Below are positions 39,001 to 53,300 of a stretch of 64,000 nucleotides of DNA, piece by piece. Made by a program: the position numbers and the translations under genes. This DNA is from Balanoglossus misakiensis. Taxonomy: Eukaryota > Animalia > Hemichordata. The notes under the pieces are model-generated. The model saw only the letters and a program-made list of their open reading frames with translations. It did no database searches and had not been told where the DNA came from. The stretch spans positions 9,415,483-9,479,482 of the forward strand of contig CM082582.2 of NCBI GenBank assembly GCA_040954595.2, written 5' to 3'. Within the stretch, counting starts at the first letter, position 1. Each line of letters begins with the position of its first letter.

Positions 39001-40684
39001 TGACGATAGTGCGTTCAAATGCGGGGTGAATAAGATTATGACATGGCTTTTCTGTGACAGCCTTGACCCGTAATATTACCCACAGGTTAAAACACGAAAG
39101 AATACAAAATGAAGTGTTGATCAGTGCATCGCAAGGTGAGAGTCCACGATTCATCTCACTTCACATTCCTCCACAAATTTCCATCTTTTTTCAATACCGC
39201 TTGTCAAATTTGTTTCAGCAATTAAAACAATCGATAGTTTTCCCGTGTCATCTTTTTTGACAGGGAATTTTTTTGTGAAAAAGCGTCCCCCAAGGGGAAA
39301 ACGTTCCCGACGTCTCAGCGATCACGTCTTTCCTTTCATCTCCACGCTGAAAATGACGGAATTTATGAACTCCTAAACAGGAGCGATTCCCATATTTATT
39401 TTTTCCATTTATTCGTCAATTTTCTAACCTGTCTCTCTCCCTCTCTTTCTCTCTTCCAACCCGCAGGTAAAATAAGGAAGCCTCAAGGCTTGCCATCACG
39501 GATTGCTTCAATTTAGTCAATCAAGTTATTAAAGAATTATCGATATTTAAAAGTGTTCTGATTCAATGTGTCTGTGTGATCTCTATGGTTTCTTGTCTAG
39601 TTTTCTGTTCAGATACCCATATGCGCGTTAAACGTGATGTCCTGTATGGAAAACATCTTTCCTTAGATGTCCTTGCCAAATCGCCCGATGACGCAAAATT
39701 GCGGAAAATATTACGACAGAGATGTACACTATTAACATAAATTCATCTGTTTACTCGAGTGACTACTTCTAATTGAATACAAGGAAATCTCTCTCTCCAT
39801 CCCTCCCTCTCTCTTTCTTTCTCTCGCTCTAAAACAAAAGGACGCGCTGCATCGCATTACCTCGATTCGAGACGCGGTGTTTTAATCTACAGCATATAAT
39901 TATGCACGTGGAACCGCGAAATTCGTGCTTTTTTCTCTGCGTTTTTTTTCATACCAAAAACGTTAAGCCGTGCGCAATATTTTTCCGACAAACGACAAAT
40001 AATTATTCCATTTTTATCGTCTGCTTGATCTTTCACACCGACGTCCATTCCTTTCTCATTAAGTCGCTAATATATTTGCTCATCATGCCATTTACGATTT
40101 TTATTATTTTTTCGCCAACTAATCAGGCTAACCTTATTATGGGAATTATGTTATTACAAGGCATTTGTCAATAGGCATGGAAGTGTTCATTTTTTATTGT
40201 TTTGTGACGGTTCTTGACTTGGACTAATATCCGGGGCAGGTATAGCTGCCCAAGCGGACAATACCAAGCATCTGTAATTGTCACTTTTCTCAACGGTCAA
40301 TGTCATTATTCTGCAAACAAAAGAATATTTCAAATGGCTTCTCTTTTGCGTCTATTTTTTTGCTTCTCTTCTCTAACTGCTGTTCACTTACTGATTTTTA
40401 AAACTTGTTGCTTGAGAGTTTTGCATAATTATTTTTTTAATAATCACTGCAACTTCCATTTTTAGACTCTGATCATTTCATTATTTACTTATTTCCCTAA
40501 ACATCTTAAGATACCTTTACATATTATAATTTGTATATGAAATCACTTATACTCTTTGGGATTATCTCTTGAATCACTTTAAATTTATATATATGACAAC
40601 TCTGTCTGTCTATTCCTTCCCCCTCCCTCCCTCTCCCCCCCAATTCTCACTGTCTTCCCCTTCTATCCCTGGCTCCAACCCTTT

Positions 40685-40720
40685 ATCCATCCATCCATCC
40701 ATCCATCCATCCATCCATCC
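40685..40720. repeat. (ATCC)9 microsatellite within a C/T-rich low-complexity tract (~40600-40820)
   Basis: Direct reading. Confidence 0.95.
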
Positions 40721-43700
40721 ATCTATATCTCTGTCTGTCTGTTCCTCCCCCCTCCCCCCAATTCTCAAAGCCCCCCCCCCCCTCCTCTCTCTCTCTGGCT
40801 CTACCCCTCACCGCCCGCACTCAAATATTACAGATGTCAGCCTTTTGATTTTATTTGATTGGTACGAGTATCAGCCATTGAGCAAAGACACTGTTTGATA
40901 GCATCAAGGTCCAGTGACTGACAAAGGAAAAACCTTTCCCAGTCAATTATTGGAAAGTGAAATGAGTACAAATCTTGTTTGCCTTCTCTTCAGATTGAAA
41001 CAGATGATATAAATGGATGTACTCGCACAAAAAGACCGAGGGGGAGAAAAAAAATCAGGCAAGTTATGAAATGCTAGACTGTTGAAACCCCTGCCAAGCC
41101 CCTGATTGCAGTAAATGCAACATTCTCCAACCACCTCACGTTTGTAGTATTACTCAAAACGCTTCCCCATATTTTCTTTAATATTTCTTTCCTGCGATTC
41201 TTTGTTTGGCGCTGTCACTCCTCATCACCGTCTGCCTTTTAGTCTTTCTCTCCACCCAGATAAGATCAAGTCTGCTGTACGGGAGCAAATACATCAAAAC
41301 AGGAAAGGGGGAAAATTCCTTAAAAGCAGCGTCCATGTGACAGGCTTACTGCGGCCATGTGACAGGCATATCAGACTAGATAATCACCGGCATCTATCAT
41401 AGCATAATTTTATAAAGTGGATATGGACAACGCCGATCGATAAAGGCTTAATGCTAATAATTCATAAGTTGCTGTTCTCAGTCCCCCTCCTCTATTTTTA
41501 GCCAAGTTCTCTCCCACTGTGTACTCCTGGGTGAAGTGCCAATCCCCCCCCCCCCCCCCCCCTTCATCGATCAAAAACAAAAATAAATTCTGGGGGAAAA
41601 TGAACGGTTGAGGGGGTTAATAAAAACCACACAGAAGCAAGGAACAGCTTCCGGGGGTTTCACAGATGTCCATAATGCAGGATTATGCATGATGAGCAGA
41701 TTGACTCAGGGGAGGGGGAAGGGGGGTACTCCTTCCATGATGTGCTCAGACTTGTTTATTTTTCCCCATCCATTCCCAAGGACATTGATCATTTTTCCAT
41801 AAATATACGACCATCACCGGCTCATTAGGCCCAGTGTATTACCACGGCAGCGCCGGCACAGAAAACAATTGCCCCTCTGCAGAGAGTTATTAATATTTAT
41901 AAAATGCACAGCCGAGGGGGGTATCAAGATTGTATTTATATGCAAATCCGCAATAAACGCAACACTGGAATTTAATAATTTCCAAGACAAGTGGCGTCTG
42001 TGATTCAGAACTGCTACTTGAAGATCGAAACGCTGCTTATTTTATTTTCTTCGCTTTTCTTGTCATGTATTTTTTCTCCTCCCTCGCTTTCCTTCATCGA
42101 CAAAGCACACACACTGGGATATTTGGAAATCTGCATATTACAATCGCGAGTGCTTCGGATCACCTGAGCAGGAAAATTTGCCCAGTCAGATGAAAATGCT
42201 AACTACAAACAATCATCAAATTCTGATTTGGCGCGGTAATTATATCATATGGCGAAAGATTGCTACAATTGTGACTCAGAATAATACTCTTTAACAAGGC
42301 TGGCCACTGAGAATTTGATTGATGCCACCGTAATGCTCTCACAATCCAAATTTATCAATTTTCCACCGGGGGCAGGGCCCAGTCTGAGAGATATCCCCGA
42401 GAATTTAAGACAAAAATGACAGCTCTTCACGATAAAAAGAATTAAGCTGTCACGGCCATGGTTTCGTTTGTTTTGTTTCTGAAGGATTATACACTGAGCT
42501 GGGAAGAGTGAGAGAGAGCTGAAGAATTCAGCGAGAGAGATAAAACGAATACAGACAGACAAAATATGATTTTCCTGACCACCTACTTGCCGGGTGAATC
42601 TAGACAGTGATCATGTTTAAATAAAACTCAAATTGTATTACGGGGTCAATGGGTATACAGCAAGCCAGCCAAACTCAGTTACAGGTAACAGTAGCTATCA
42701 CAGCCACAGAGAGATGGCTTCAGTGAACCTCAACAAGATTGAGCCTTGTTCCCTATAAGTATGTATTTAATATTTAAAAAAAAAACTACGATTGGTCTGT
42801 CAACTTGCATACACGTCATGCGTGCAGGAAAGCCAACGGTTCTCATCGTCAAATCAAACAACCTGATGTGGAAGAGAAAAAAGATGCAGCGATGCCTTGC
42901 CCCGAAGCGCACCCTTGTCAAGTGGAGAGTTTTTTATCTGTTCTTTGCCTGTATGATGCTATTTGACAAGAGGGCTTCTTCGCGACACATAAGGCTACTT
43001 AACATCTATGCTTTTAATACCGAAGATGAATAGAGAGGGGAAAAAATGGGAGCACAAAAGAGCCCGCTTCAAAAGGAAAAACCAATTTAATTACACAATA
43101 ACAGCCCTAACTGCAAGATGAATAAGTTTTCATACAAAAACGCCATTATGAGAGGCAGTTTCTTCATTGAAATATGAACAGAGAACTCGTCACTGTACAT
43201 TTAGGGCATATTCTCTGTGACAATCTTGGGTCAACAGCTTACTGATAATTTCACTCCGTCTGTCAGTGCCAGACAATGCGAGAAACCTCACCATGACCTT
43301 GTTATCATCACTTGATGTCGCAGACATCAAGACATCATCGGGGAGGGATTTTTTTTTGGTGAAAAAAAATGAAATCGGTGAGAAAAGAAATTTCTGCTGA
43401 GGACGTCGCGACGACGAGATGAAAAATGAGTGTGTGTATTGGTTGTATGTGAGGTCTGGTTAAAGGTTGGGCCCCGGCAATTCTATCCTTATCATCAGAT
43501 GGCTTTTGTTCATGCAGGCTACTCATTGATATGGAAATGAAATATGGCATTTGCCCAAGATGAAATTGACTAGCCATGCCATGTACACCTGAAAATCAAT
43601 GCAATGTTAATTAGAGCCCATCGCCTATCACGTCGGCTGTCCCAGAGCAGTTGATCAAATATGTGATAAAACATGACATGTCATTCCCTTTACAGCAATT

Positions 43701-45043
43701 ACTTTATTCATGTGAAATATGAATTATTGCCCTAATATTTCCCAGATTTATCTCAGCAGCCGGGCGCACTGATTGACTCTAACCTTTCCGCTATCAAAAC
43801 CACACATCTGCTCCTCTCCGACATCCGAACAGACAAATATCGCTACGGATATTCCCAGACAAAGAAGCCGGAATATTTCCTCCTCATTGATGACCAGTAT
43901 TCCTCACCCCCCCTCCCCTTCACCCCCCCCCCTGATCTCCACATTGGGGATTCTAGAGAATCATATGTACTACATATCGAGGTCCTGCCATTATTTCCTT
44001 TCGTAATTGACATGTCTGATTATGATATATTATTATCAAAATGATTTATGATACAGTCAGTTATTTTTACTCTAACTGTCTATGCTCTCTAAATCCGGCA
44101 AAGGGATTTCATCCCACACCATTTTTTGTTATATTTCATAATGTCAAGTTTATCACACCTTGTTATCAAAATAATATTTTATCCGCGCACTTTTTTATAA
44201 TACTCAATTTCTCTTACTTTAGATTCATAAATGTCTCATAATCGTCTGCACATGTGAGTGTGTCAACAAACATTAAGTCTATTTCCACTTTTGTATTCTA
44301 AAGTAGATACGATCAGAATTTGAATTCCTTTTATCACCACCTTTCACATCACAAATTTTCTAAATTTGGAATTATTAAAAAAAACAAGTGAATTAATAGG
44401 AAAGATTACAAAGTTGCCAGTTGCTAACCGAGACGAGGCACTATCTACTTAATTTTTAATGAGACCCCCCCCCTTTCACCCAAAATAAAATTTATTTCTA
44501 AACTCTAACATCACATTTATGTTTAACCCTGTAATACTATTTTTAACACAAACCTTGTGTGCTATTCTTAACCCTGTACGACAACCACACACGATGACCC
44601 CACCACTTTTGCATCAAATTATAATTTAACAGCTTTCTCCATATCTCAGTTGGAGATGTATTTTTGTTTTTATGCACATCACACGAATTCTGTAGGGCCC
44701 CCACATCACCCCCTCAGGCTAGCATGATACCTGTTATGCCAGTTTCTTTGTCACTCTGTTATTGATTTGTTTGGTTATTGATTGATTATCAAATTTGTCT
44801 CTTCAAAACTTGCTTTTGTGCCATTCAATGCAGCATTATCGCAGGGCACTCATATCTTGAATGCGTTACGTCTATCTCAATGTTAACGACCCCAAGAACT
44901 AACAAATTTATGATTATAATCTTAACAACATTTTTACATAAAGTTGTCATCAATGGCTAACCTCTCTCATATACCACACAAAAGGAACAAAAAATATCAC
45001 GTCTCTTTGATTGAATTGTCTGTCTCGGATATCTAGGGGCCTT

Positions 45044-45057
45044 GTTACCATGGAAAC
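45044..45057. promoter_or_regulatory. RFX X-box GTTACCATGGAAAC
   Basis: Matches the RFX palindrome GTTNCCATGGNAAC. The identical 14-mer occurs (reverse orientation) at 3682-3695 and 54506-54519. Confidence 0.45.
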
Positions 45058-48000
45058 AACAAAATGAGAGTCTAACTGCGGTGCAGCATCAGCCTTCGTG
45101 ATATGTCAATCTCATTGGTGTGAAACTTTGATAATAAATTTCCTGTCATTTCCTAATTATGAGATCATAATGGGGATTCAAGCACCGTTTCTGATTGACA
45201 TTCATCCATGTTTGAGACTCGGGGTTGAAGTGGCTCGATAGTTAATTACTCATCAACAGGGAAGGGAGTGAGACCGTTTGTGTGAAAGTTGAAATGAGCA
45301 AGTAGCCAGAAGTGTTCTTTCAATTGCAAATGTAACCCATTGAATGAATGTGTGTGTGCGTGTGTATATATACGCCTGCCTGTGTATGCATAAGGAGGTA
45401 TATATGCATATGCATATGCATTAAACATGTTAAACTAAGCAGTTCAGTTGACCAATTGGCAATCAGATAACAAAACCCTTTCATGAGAGCAGTCTTCTCA
45501 TTGGTTTCTGTCCATTTTCTTGTTCATGAATGAAATGCTTTAGTTGTTTCACACACACCCAAAGCTATAAAGTGTACAAAGCATCAAACTGCTTGATAAT
45601 AATTTATATTTCAAAACCACAGCTTGACTTTATCCAATAAAAACTTTTTTCAAGCAAAGTTGAATCTATGATTGGACATTAAATTTGAGACGCCAAAGCA
45701 TAATCTTTTTTTGAAAATACAATCAACATCTCAGTTTCAGTATGGTGTTAGCACTTATTGTATGCAGTGATTAGCACGAGTTTCATTCATTTGACAAGAG
45801 AAAAATGTGTTTTTTTTCTTTGCCCATTTTCATGGGAGGATTAGTTTATTCCTCCAGAGGTTTTCATGAAAGGATGGACGGTGAGAAAGAATGCAAAACA
45901 CAATAGCAGGGGACGAATTTATTTCGTCGCTGGCAGGAATTAATTTTACAGATTTGATTGAGAAATGTTGCTACCAGTCGCGGGTAATACGAGGTTAAAC
46001 ATATCGGCGATAAATTCCAGTTATGATGTTGACAGCGCGACATGAACTTTTATGAATTTTTCACAAAAATCATCAATCATGTTGCGATCCCCGGCGCTGG
46101 ACTGACTCATAGGATCACGGCGCTAAGATCCCCCCGTGATATGCCAAGCTCTGTTGACTCGCCGCGGTCTCTAAATGGCTTCCAGTTTATTTGCTAAAAT
46201 GTACATGACACCTGCCTACACACAAGGTGCACCGATATTAACGGGCCAATAATCTGTTATCCCGGGCAGTTTTGCTCTCTGCTAATCTCATATCCATGTC
46301 AAATATGTCGCAGTGTATGTCAAGCCACAGAGACATAAATAGCTATACAGCGCGGAAAGTTTATACATTTGCCATGCAAGTCTTATTAAAGCTCAGATTT
46401 TTCAAACTATGACATATGAACCACTTTCCTATTGCATACCGTACCAGAAGAAACTGTGTATAACTTGAATACTGAGTATATTCACATTCTCCAACAGATG
46501 GTAAGTGCAGATGTCTACCAGTTCAGTGACAATTATGCTCCTTCCCCAGGTCCACATAACCTCAGAAGCCCCGTGTCTGTCAAAATGTCATTTTCATGCA
46601 TGTTTTCCAACTTTGACATTTTCCACAGGATATTTGCCACACTTCTGTTTTGGTGGCGTACAACTTACATTTGACAAGTGCAATCGTACAGCTTCACGTC
46701 TGTTTTTTTGCTGTTGCTATGTCAACACCTTTCGCTTTTTGCGAAACATTTCTGTTTCGTCGCATTAACATCTCGGTCTATGCTGTCACCGGCTCCTGCA
46801 AGTTCTCACACTTGCAAATTTTTCGCTCCTTTCAGAAATTTGGAATTTTGCGACTTCGCTTCAGATCTACAGCTCAAATCAGTCAGAACACTGAATACGA
46901 AACAAGTTGCACGATTCATCTTCAAACAAACAAGGCACATATTGAAACATCTGATTATTGTCATAAAAAAGCAAACATTTATCCGAACTCCCTAGTTACA
47001 GCCCCTGCCGAAAAAAAGAACAAAACTAAACTGCACGAGTTGAAAAGCCACTCCAATTATGTCAAAACAGGTCTTTTTTATATCGTGCCGAATTCATTAA
47101 TTCCAATTATTTGAATAAATACAATTTGCGAGCATTGATTTGTTGATCAGTGATTCAGAGTAATCTAGATATTGCTCTCAATAATTGCGAGCACACAGGA
47201 GTGCAAATACTTGACAAAAACTACCCATTCATCGCCGATTTCCAATAATTTTGCATACAATAAAAGAGAAATAGGAAAACACGCCACTTGAAGTCAAAAC
47301 GCTGTAGGGTGTTCTCATCAGAGATATTAATCATCTCGGAATAAAATTGTTAGTCAAATGTCATTTGCGCAACCTTTGTGATATCAATTTTTTTTCCTTC
47401 CCAAGCGTTAGAAAAATTATAGGCATTTGCATACAAAGTCAGGTTTCTCAGTTATGGTTTATTCAGTGTAAATTTAATCTTTTACTAGTGAAATATTCCG
47501 CTAGATTAAAGTAAACATTAATTACTTCCTATCAGTGTGTTTGGGAGATGACACGACCATAGAGAATGATATTAAAAGTAAACTCTCTCTTCTCTATGAA
47601 AATAAGTGATAAATTCATAGCGTTTTTATTCCGTGAAGCACAAAGACGCGCATCCGATCATGCAGCAAGATTTACATATCCCGCCGATACACCTCAAAAA
47701 ATTAATGAAAAAAAAATCCTGCAGTGTTTGATTGCAAACAAAGAATTGAAAGTTCTACATACATGAGAAATTTTATTGGTGCTATATCTGTGCGCGCATG
47801 TATGTCTTTTTTGTGTTTGTGAGCGGGCGTGTGAAACTAGCAAGGCTCCTGTTTGTGTTTGACTGAGCAGGTTAGAGACACGCGAGGCGAGATACATTAA
47901 ACACTGCTGTACGCCCGGATTTGAAGGTTAAGAAACACACAATGGTCTCTAAGAAAAGTGACAGATTTGGAACACTCACCGCGTTATTAGCAAAGTTGAA

Positions 48001-50362
48001 ATTTAGCCGTAACTGTCTGAATCATCTTCAAATATATTGATTTCATCACTGAGATGGAAGTCTATTTTTCAATCTGTTTATTACACAAAGGGAATTAGCG
48101 TGGATTGCAGGGAAGTGTTCAATGGAAAAGTTCAGGAATTCCAAATGAGAGGAAATCTCCAATTTTAAGCTCAGACATCAACTTTTTCATCAACTGACTG
48201 ATGACAGCCAAGTGGCAAAAAAAAATCCCCCAAATCTCATCATCTTGCATTTACTCCATATATGGAAGTCATGAATATTCATCTTCAGGAATTAGTGAGG
48301 GTGGTTGGTATGTGCTATGGCAACCGAGTGTTGCCATAGAGAACAACTTATAGTTTATATATGGCTGTGCAGTGAGTTCCCTGGTTATATAGATGCACGT
48401 TCTGCCTTCAATAACTTTCTTGGATTTCTCAGTTTGTTTCTTATATCCTGTTTTGTAGGCCGAATTTAATATCACAGATGTTTTTATTGAGAATCTAAAA
48501 GAGGAAGAGCATAAAATGCTCTAGGATAAATAATTTTGACTGGACTCACTTTGCCAATATTAATGTTAGGGCCAGCTCACTCAAGTAGTGCATAAAACCC
48601 CTTTAACGACGTCTTTTGTTGAAAATATGAAATTCCTTTTGCGTTTCCGAGTGGAATAAATCATGGCGCACGCGGCCGTTGCAGCATTAGTGGGCATCGA
48701 AGTTATCGAGCAGAAAACCCAGTCACAGGTGAAAAATTAAGAAAGGGGACCGGAGTTGTGTCAATTGACCTGAATTTGCTTCAATTTTGCCATTTTTTTG
48801 CCTCCATCTCCATTCTGCTTCAGTTATTGTCTTCGAGGCGAGTAATGACTGGAGGTAAGAAAAAGAAATGTCAACGCAAATCACGGATATGAGGACGGCT
48901 GAAAATTTCCTGTTGGTGGCGAAAGTCACCGATCTCGTTGTGTCATATTTTACTCGGTCAATATGAAGATTTTCACACATACCAAATAAGCAATCAAGTG
49001 AATCTATACAAGAGGTGTGAGTGTAGCCTACACAGGCAGATAATACCCCAGCTCGCGAGGCGATGGCCAATCTCCCGCCACTTCTGGTGTATGTGGGGAA
49101 ATCTCAGCGGCCAATATTCAAAATTTCCTCGAGCGGAAAACTTTAAAATTCCATTCTGGTGGCTGTTAAGAGCTGAATTGCACGAGGTGAACTTTAAAAA
49201 TTTACATATATGTCAATCATTCCTTCTTTGCCTGCCAAGTCTATGACTTCCAACTGATATTCTTTAGACGTTGACGTGCGTATGACTAACAGACTTTCAG
49301 AAACACAAAAAAAAGGCCTGGTACATACATACAAGTCCCTGAGTCTACCCAGCATGCTTTAACACAGAGAATACAACAGTCTAGATTGGTGGACAGGTGT
49401 CATGTGACATCTCCATATTTGCATGTTAACATTCAGTACTAATATTCACCAAGCTGACCAATTATCAGTGACAAAATTACTTTTTAAAATGTTCCAATTC
49501 GCCAAACTTTCTCTGTGAGTGTCTATGTATGTATGTGTATGCATGTGTTTATGTAAGTACCAGTATGTCCATATGTAATGCCCTACAGAGAAACTAGCAC
49601 AAAAACACCAGCTTCTAATCTAAAGTGAGAGTATGGATCGAGACACAACCAGGACATAGTTCAAAGAATGAAAAGAGAGTAAAATTACAAACTGACTCAC
49701 AGTAGCTGAAACACTACACTGCTTACACTACACTCTCATAAATATTTACCTATATGGATTTTTTTACGATATGTTTTGATATTCCGCTAAAAGACACCGC
49801 AACAACATTGGCTGCTTAGCGTGTCTAAACAAATGATTTTTTATCTATTGTTTGTTTTGAGAAATATTTCACGCAGTACTTCTGTTTGGGCAAGATAACT
49901 TTCAACATTTTCAGAAAAGGTATATTTCACCAGTTCTGAATATGTCAAAGAGCTAGAGGTTGCTTTGTATAAATAAGGAACAGTTTAACTTTTGTTAGCC
50001 ATGAATAGGAACAAAAAGATGCATTGCGTATAAAAATATAGATAAAGTCTTATAGAAACAGAACATTAGCATTGACTGTAAAAACAGGACAAATAAAAGC
50101 TGAACTCATATTTTTGAGAATAAGTCAAATGGATGGACTGTATTAAACTTTAACTTCCATTGTACTCTGATAAAACATAACTTTGATGGTGCGCGACATG
50201 AGTGACACAGGTCGTAACTTTGAAAGCTTATGACACGGATAATATTTCCCGGATATGACAGTGTAAAACTTGAACGCCTTTGTTTCCCTGACAATTGTGA
50301 AGTCATCAAGATTGCAGGGCAAAGCCTAAAGCACAGTATTATTGAAACATATTGTTACATAT

Positions 50363-50379
50363 TGACCTTGCTGTGACCT
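50363..50379 (-). promoter_or_regulatory. Perfect DR5 nuclear-receptor element (RARE consensus)
   Basis: Plus strand TGACCT-TGCTG-TGACCT = AGGTCA-N5-AGGTCA on the minus strand. Confidence 0.5.
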
Positions 50380-53300
50380 GATCACTGCAGGGTTACCTCG
50401 TAACAAATTGTCGGGAGGGTGGGTGGGCGAGGGCACTTTGCGCAAGGGGGTGGTCAGGGTGATTTGCGGCGGGGGGAGTGTGTCACGCACGCTCTCTCGG
50501 CGGAAAAGTTTAATTTGCGCTGAAAAGAAGTACCAATCAGTCAGTCCATTGATGAATGAAGGAATATATCCTGCAAGGGTGAGTGACAGTCCCCGCACTT
50601 GTCGTGCCAAGTTGAAGAAAATTGCGAGTAACAAGCCAACGAGAGAAAACCTCAGCATGGGAAACATGGAGATGCAAAGATGAAGTGACTGGTGTGTGTA
50701 TTGCCCTGTCAATTTAAATACCTTGACAGTTTGAGTCGCACCGGTCAAGTGTAAAGTCATTATCGAAAACAAAACAAAAATTTACACTTGCCCCGACAGA
50801 TCAACTGCCTGTGAACATTACAGTCAGAATAACTAAGCATCAAAGTGGACATTCTTCTGCGAAAGAAGAAAAAACATATTTAGGCTGCTTTTTCAGTATT
50901 TGAAATAAATTAGCCCTTTTCTCTGCAGTGACAAGCTTATTTTTTTCACACTCACACTTTGATAACGAATAAAGCAGAATCATTTGAATGCAATTTACCA
51001 TTCATCTCCAAATAATTCATTAGATCATTCTCATTCAAATCAAACGACTGAAAATATATAAAGTGAAATTGAAGCAACACTTTGAGTTTTATTGAAGTCC
51101 TTTCTTGTCTGGGGAAACTTCATTGTGTCCAGTGGAGTGAGGCTAAATTGTGTTGCACCAATTGGCAATTATAGCAACATAGTTTATCTCTCAAGTTTCT
51201 GTATTCTCCAAGAAACAATATAGATTTACCAAAATAAAATGAAATCACAAAGAAATTAAGGAGAAAATTGTCTTCATTCAAAGCTTGCTGTATGTTACAT
51301 TCACATTTTTTAATATAAAATATTTTTCAAATATATGCAGGAAGAAAACAAGTTTAAATCACTTCAATTTTAAAAAGGACTTGAGAATTGACGTGAATAA
51401 TTACCAGCAGTCTCCCAATCAGAACACAAGCAGAGTTTTTTTTTTTTAGTAATCTTTTTTTTTTTACTGAGAGTGCAGAATCTGTGGCCGTAACGAGTTA
51501 AAAGCAGTGAAGGGCAGGGGGAATTATTCCAATCTCTGATTAACCATCCATGAGGAAAGAGAATATAAGAATTTCATGAGAATGAATTATAGTAATTTTC
51601 ACAAGGAATGAACAACTTGAAAGTAATGTACAGGACAGGACAAAATTAAGTCCTGATTGATGTGATCCGAATGTCAATTCTTCGAAGACCTTGTGCCCGG
51701 AATTTTTGATAAGTCACGAACGGCGCCAGGTGCAAGTCTTTCCTCCTGTTTGAGAAATCTCCTTCAAGGTGTGTGTTCTTCAGAGATTTTTTAGTTATTC
51801 TCAAAAAACAAATAAATGCATGCCTCATCAAGTGAAATTCCGAAACAGCACTTCTGTTATCATTCCATAATGTGCCATTAAGCCAAATTTAAAAAGCGAA
51901 ATTTGCATTGTAGACATTTTTTACACACAAAAAAAAATTTAAACACTTGTCACCATTCGTGTGAACACCCCCCAAAAATCAACAGGAAAAATAACAGGAC
52001 AATTGAAGTATTTCCGATGATTTCTCGTTTGTCCCTTTCTTTCCCCCTGGATGTTCGAGTGCAAAAACAAGGCAGGGCAATGGAAGGAAATGACCTGACG
52101 AGGTAATGAAATCAATCAGATCAACGGAGTGACCAACAACGGCAATTCCAGTTCACTGCGGAAAATTTATAACCTGTCAGCTGACGCAGTAATGTTACTT
52201 TGGAAAAAATCAATACTGTCCATCCACTCCACTTTAAATCACGCACTTTTATCTCTCAGAATTCACAATTTCTCCCCTGTTTTTTTTTTATCCCCCCACC
52301 TTGAGTTTTATTTTCTCCGCAGCATTTTTCTTTTAATTCACCGTTCTGACTATTAACTAATTACACTCAGGGTGAGGCTGTCGCCGTAGTCTTTCCCCGC
52401 ACTTTTCTCTCCCCGTGATTGATATTTTTCGGCCACTCTGTACAAGATGCCATTTCAACATCAATTCATTCCAACGATAGAATTAATAACGGCTCCAACA
52501 CACCAGTGCAGAATAAGACTCTTTGCTTCATGTGTCAAAATCTCACTATATCCGTCTGCTTTCTTCCCCTCTCCTGTACTTTTTCAGTCTCCAAAGGTTG
52601 ACAAATTTCATTGTAATTATCAGACCTATCACAAGATTGAATTCTTGGCTGTCCAGGTAAGGCCACACACATCCACTTTTTTGTATACTGTCTCCTATTT
52701 TTTTCTAATGATTTCTAAATTTCAATGAGTTATAAATTTAAAGACTTTTGTCAACTTGACTATCTAACTATTATTGAATTCTATTCTGATTTTTTTTTTA
52801 ATAATGAAAGACAAGATTTAGCAGTTGTATATATAATTGAAAAAAGAAGTACTTTTTAATGAATTAATGAGCGCAAATCAGGACAATTCTAATCCTATTG
52901 AAATACTCTATGAATTTTGATGCCGATCTTTTCTCTGAGTGATAATCGCATTCAAGTGATCACAGTGTTGTATAAATTTATCTTTAAGAAAACCTGCTTC
53001 CCATTTCGAATCAACAACATTTCTCATGGTAGACACTGGGAGAAACAGAAATAATTATCAGTATGGCCATGGAAGGAAACTTAAACCACAGCGACTGGTC
53101 TCTCGCAAAGAGTGCCTCCATTGTACTGCTCTTCACAGACTGAATATTTTCTGCCAAAAAATGTGTTGTTGGAAATGTACACAGTAATAAGTACACTTTA
53201 CCGGTATCACTTTTCACAGTTATCTTTATCCGACATTGTTGTCTTTTCTTCAAGTTTTCTTTGCTCTGCCTCTTAACACAAACGATGGCGGATCCATCAA

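Larger units (their letters stand above)
34600..39950. promoter_or_regulatory. CpG-rich domain spanning the Sall 5' end (CpG-island-like)
   Basis: Visibly dense CG/CGCG words (e.g. 35067-35120, 35325-35335, 36660-36670, 38004-38022) compared with flanks. Boundaries are approximate and judged by eye. Confidence 0.55.

Noticed and set aside
46580-47010. Possible degenerate DNA-transposon remnants (also ~4000-4360 and ~48720-49250)
   Set aside because: The texture suggests old repeats, but no paired terminal repeats or target-site duplication could be fixed.
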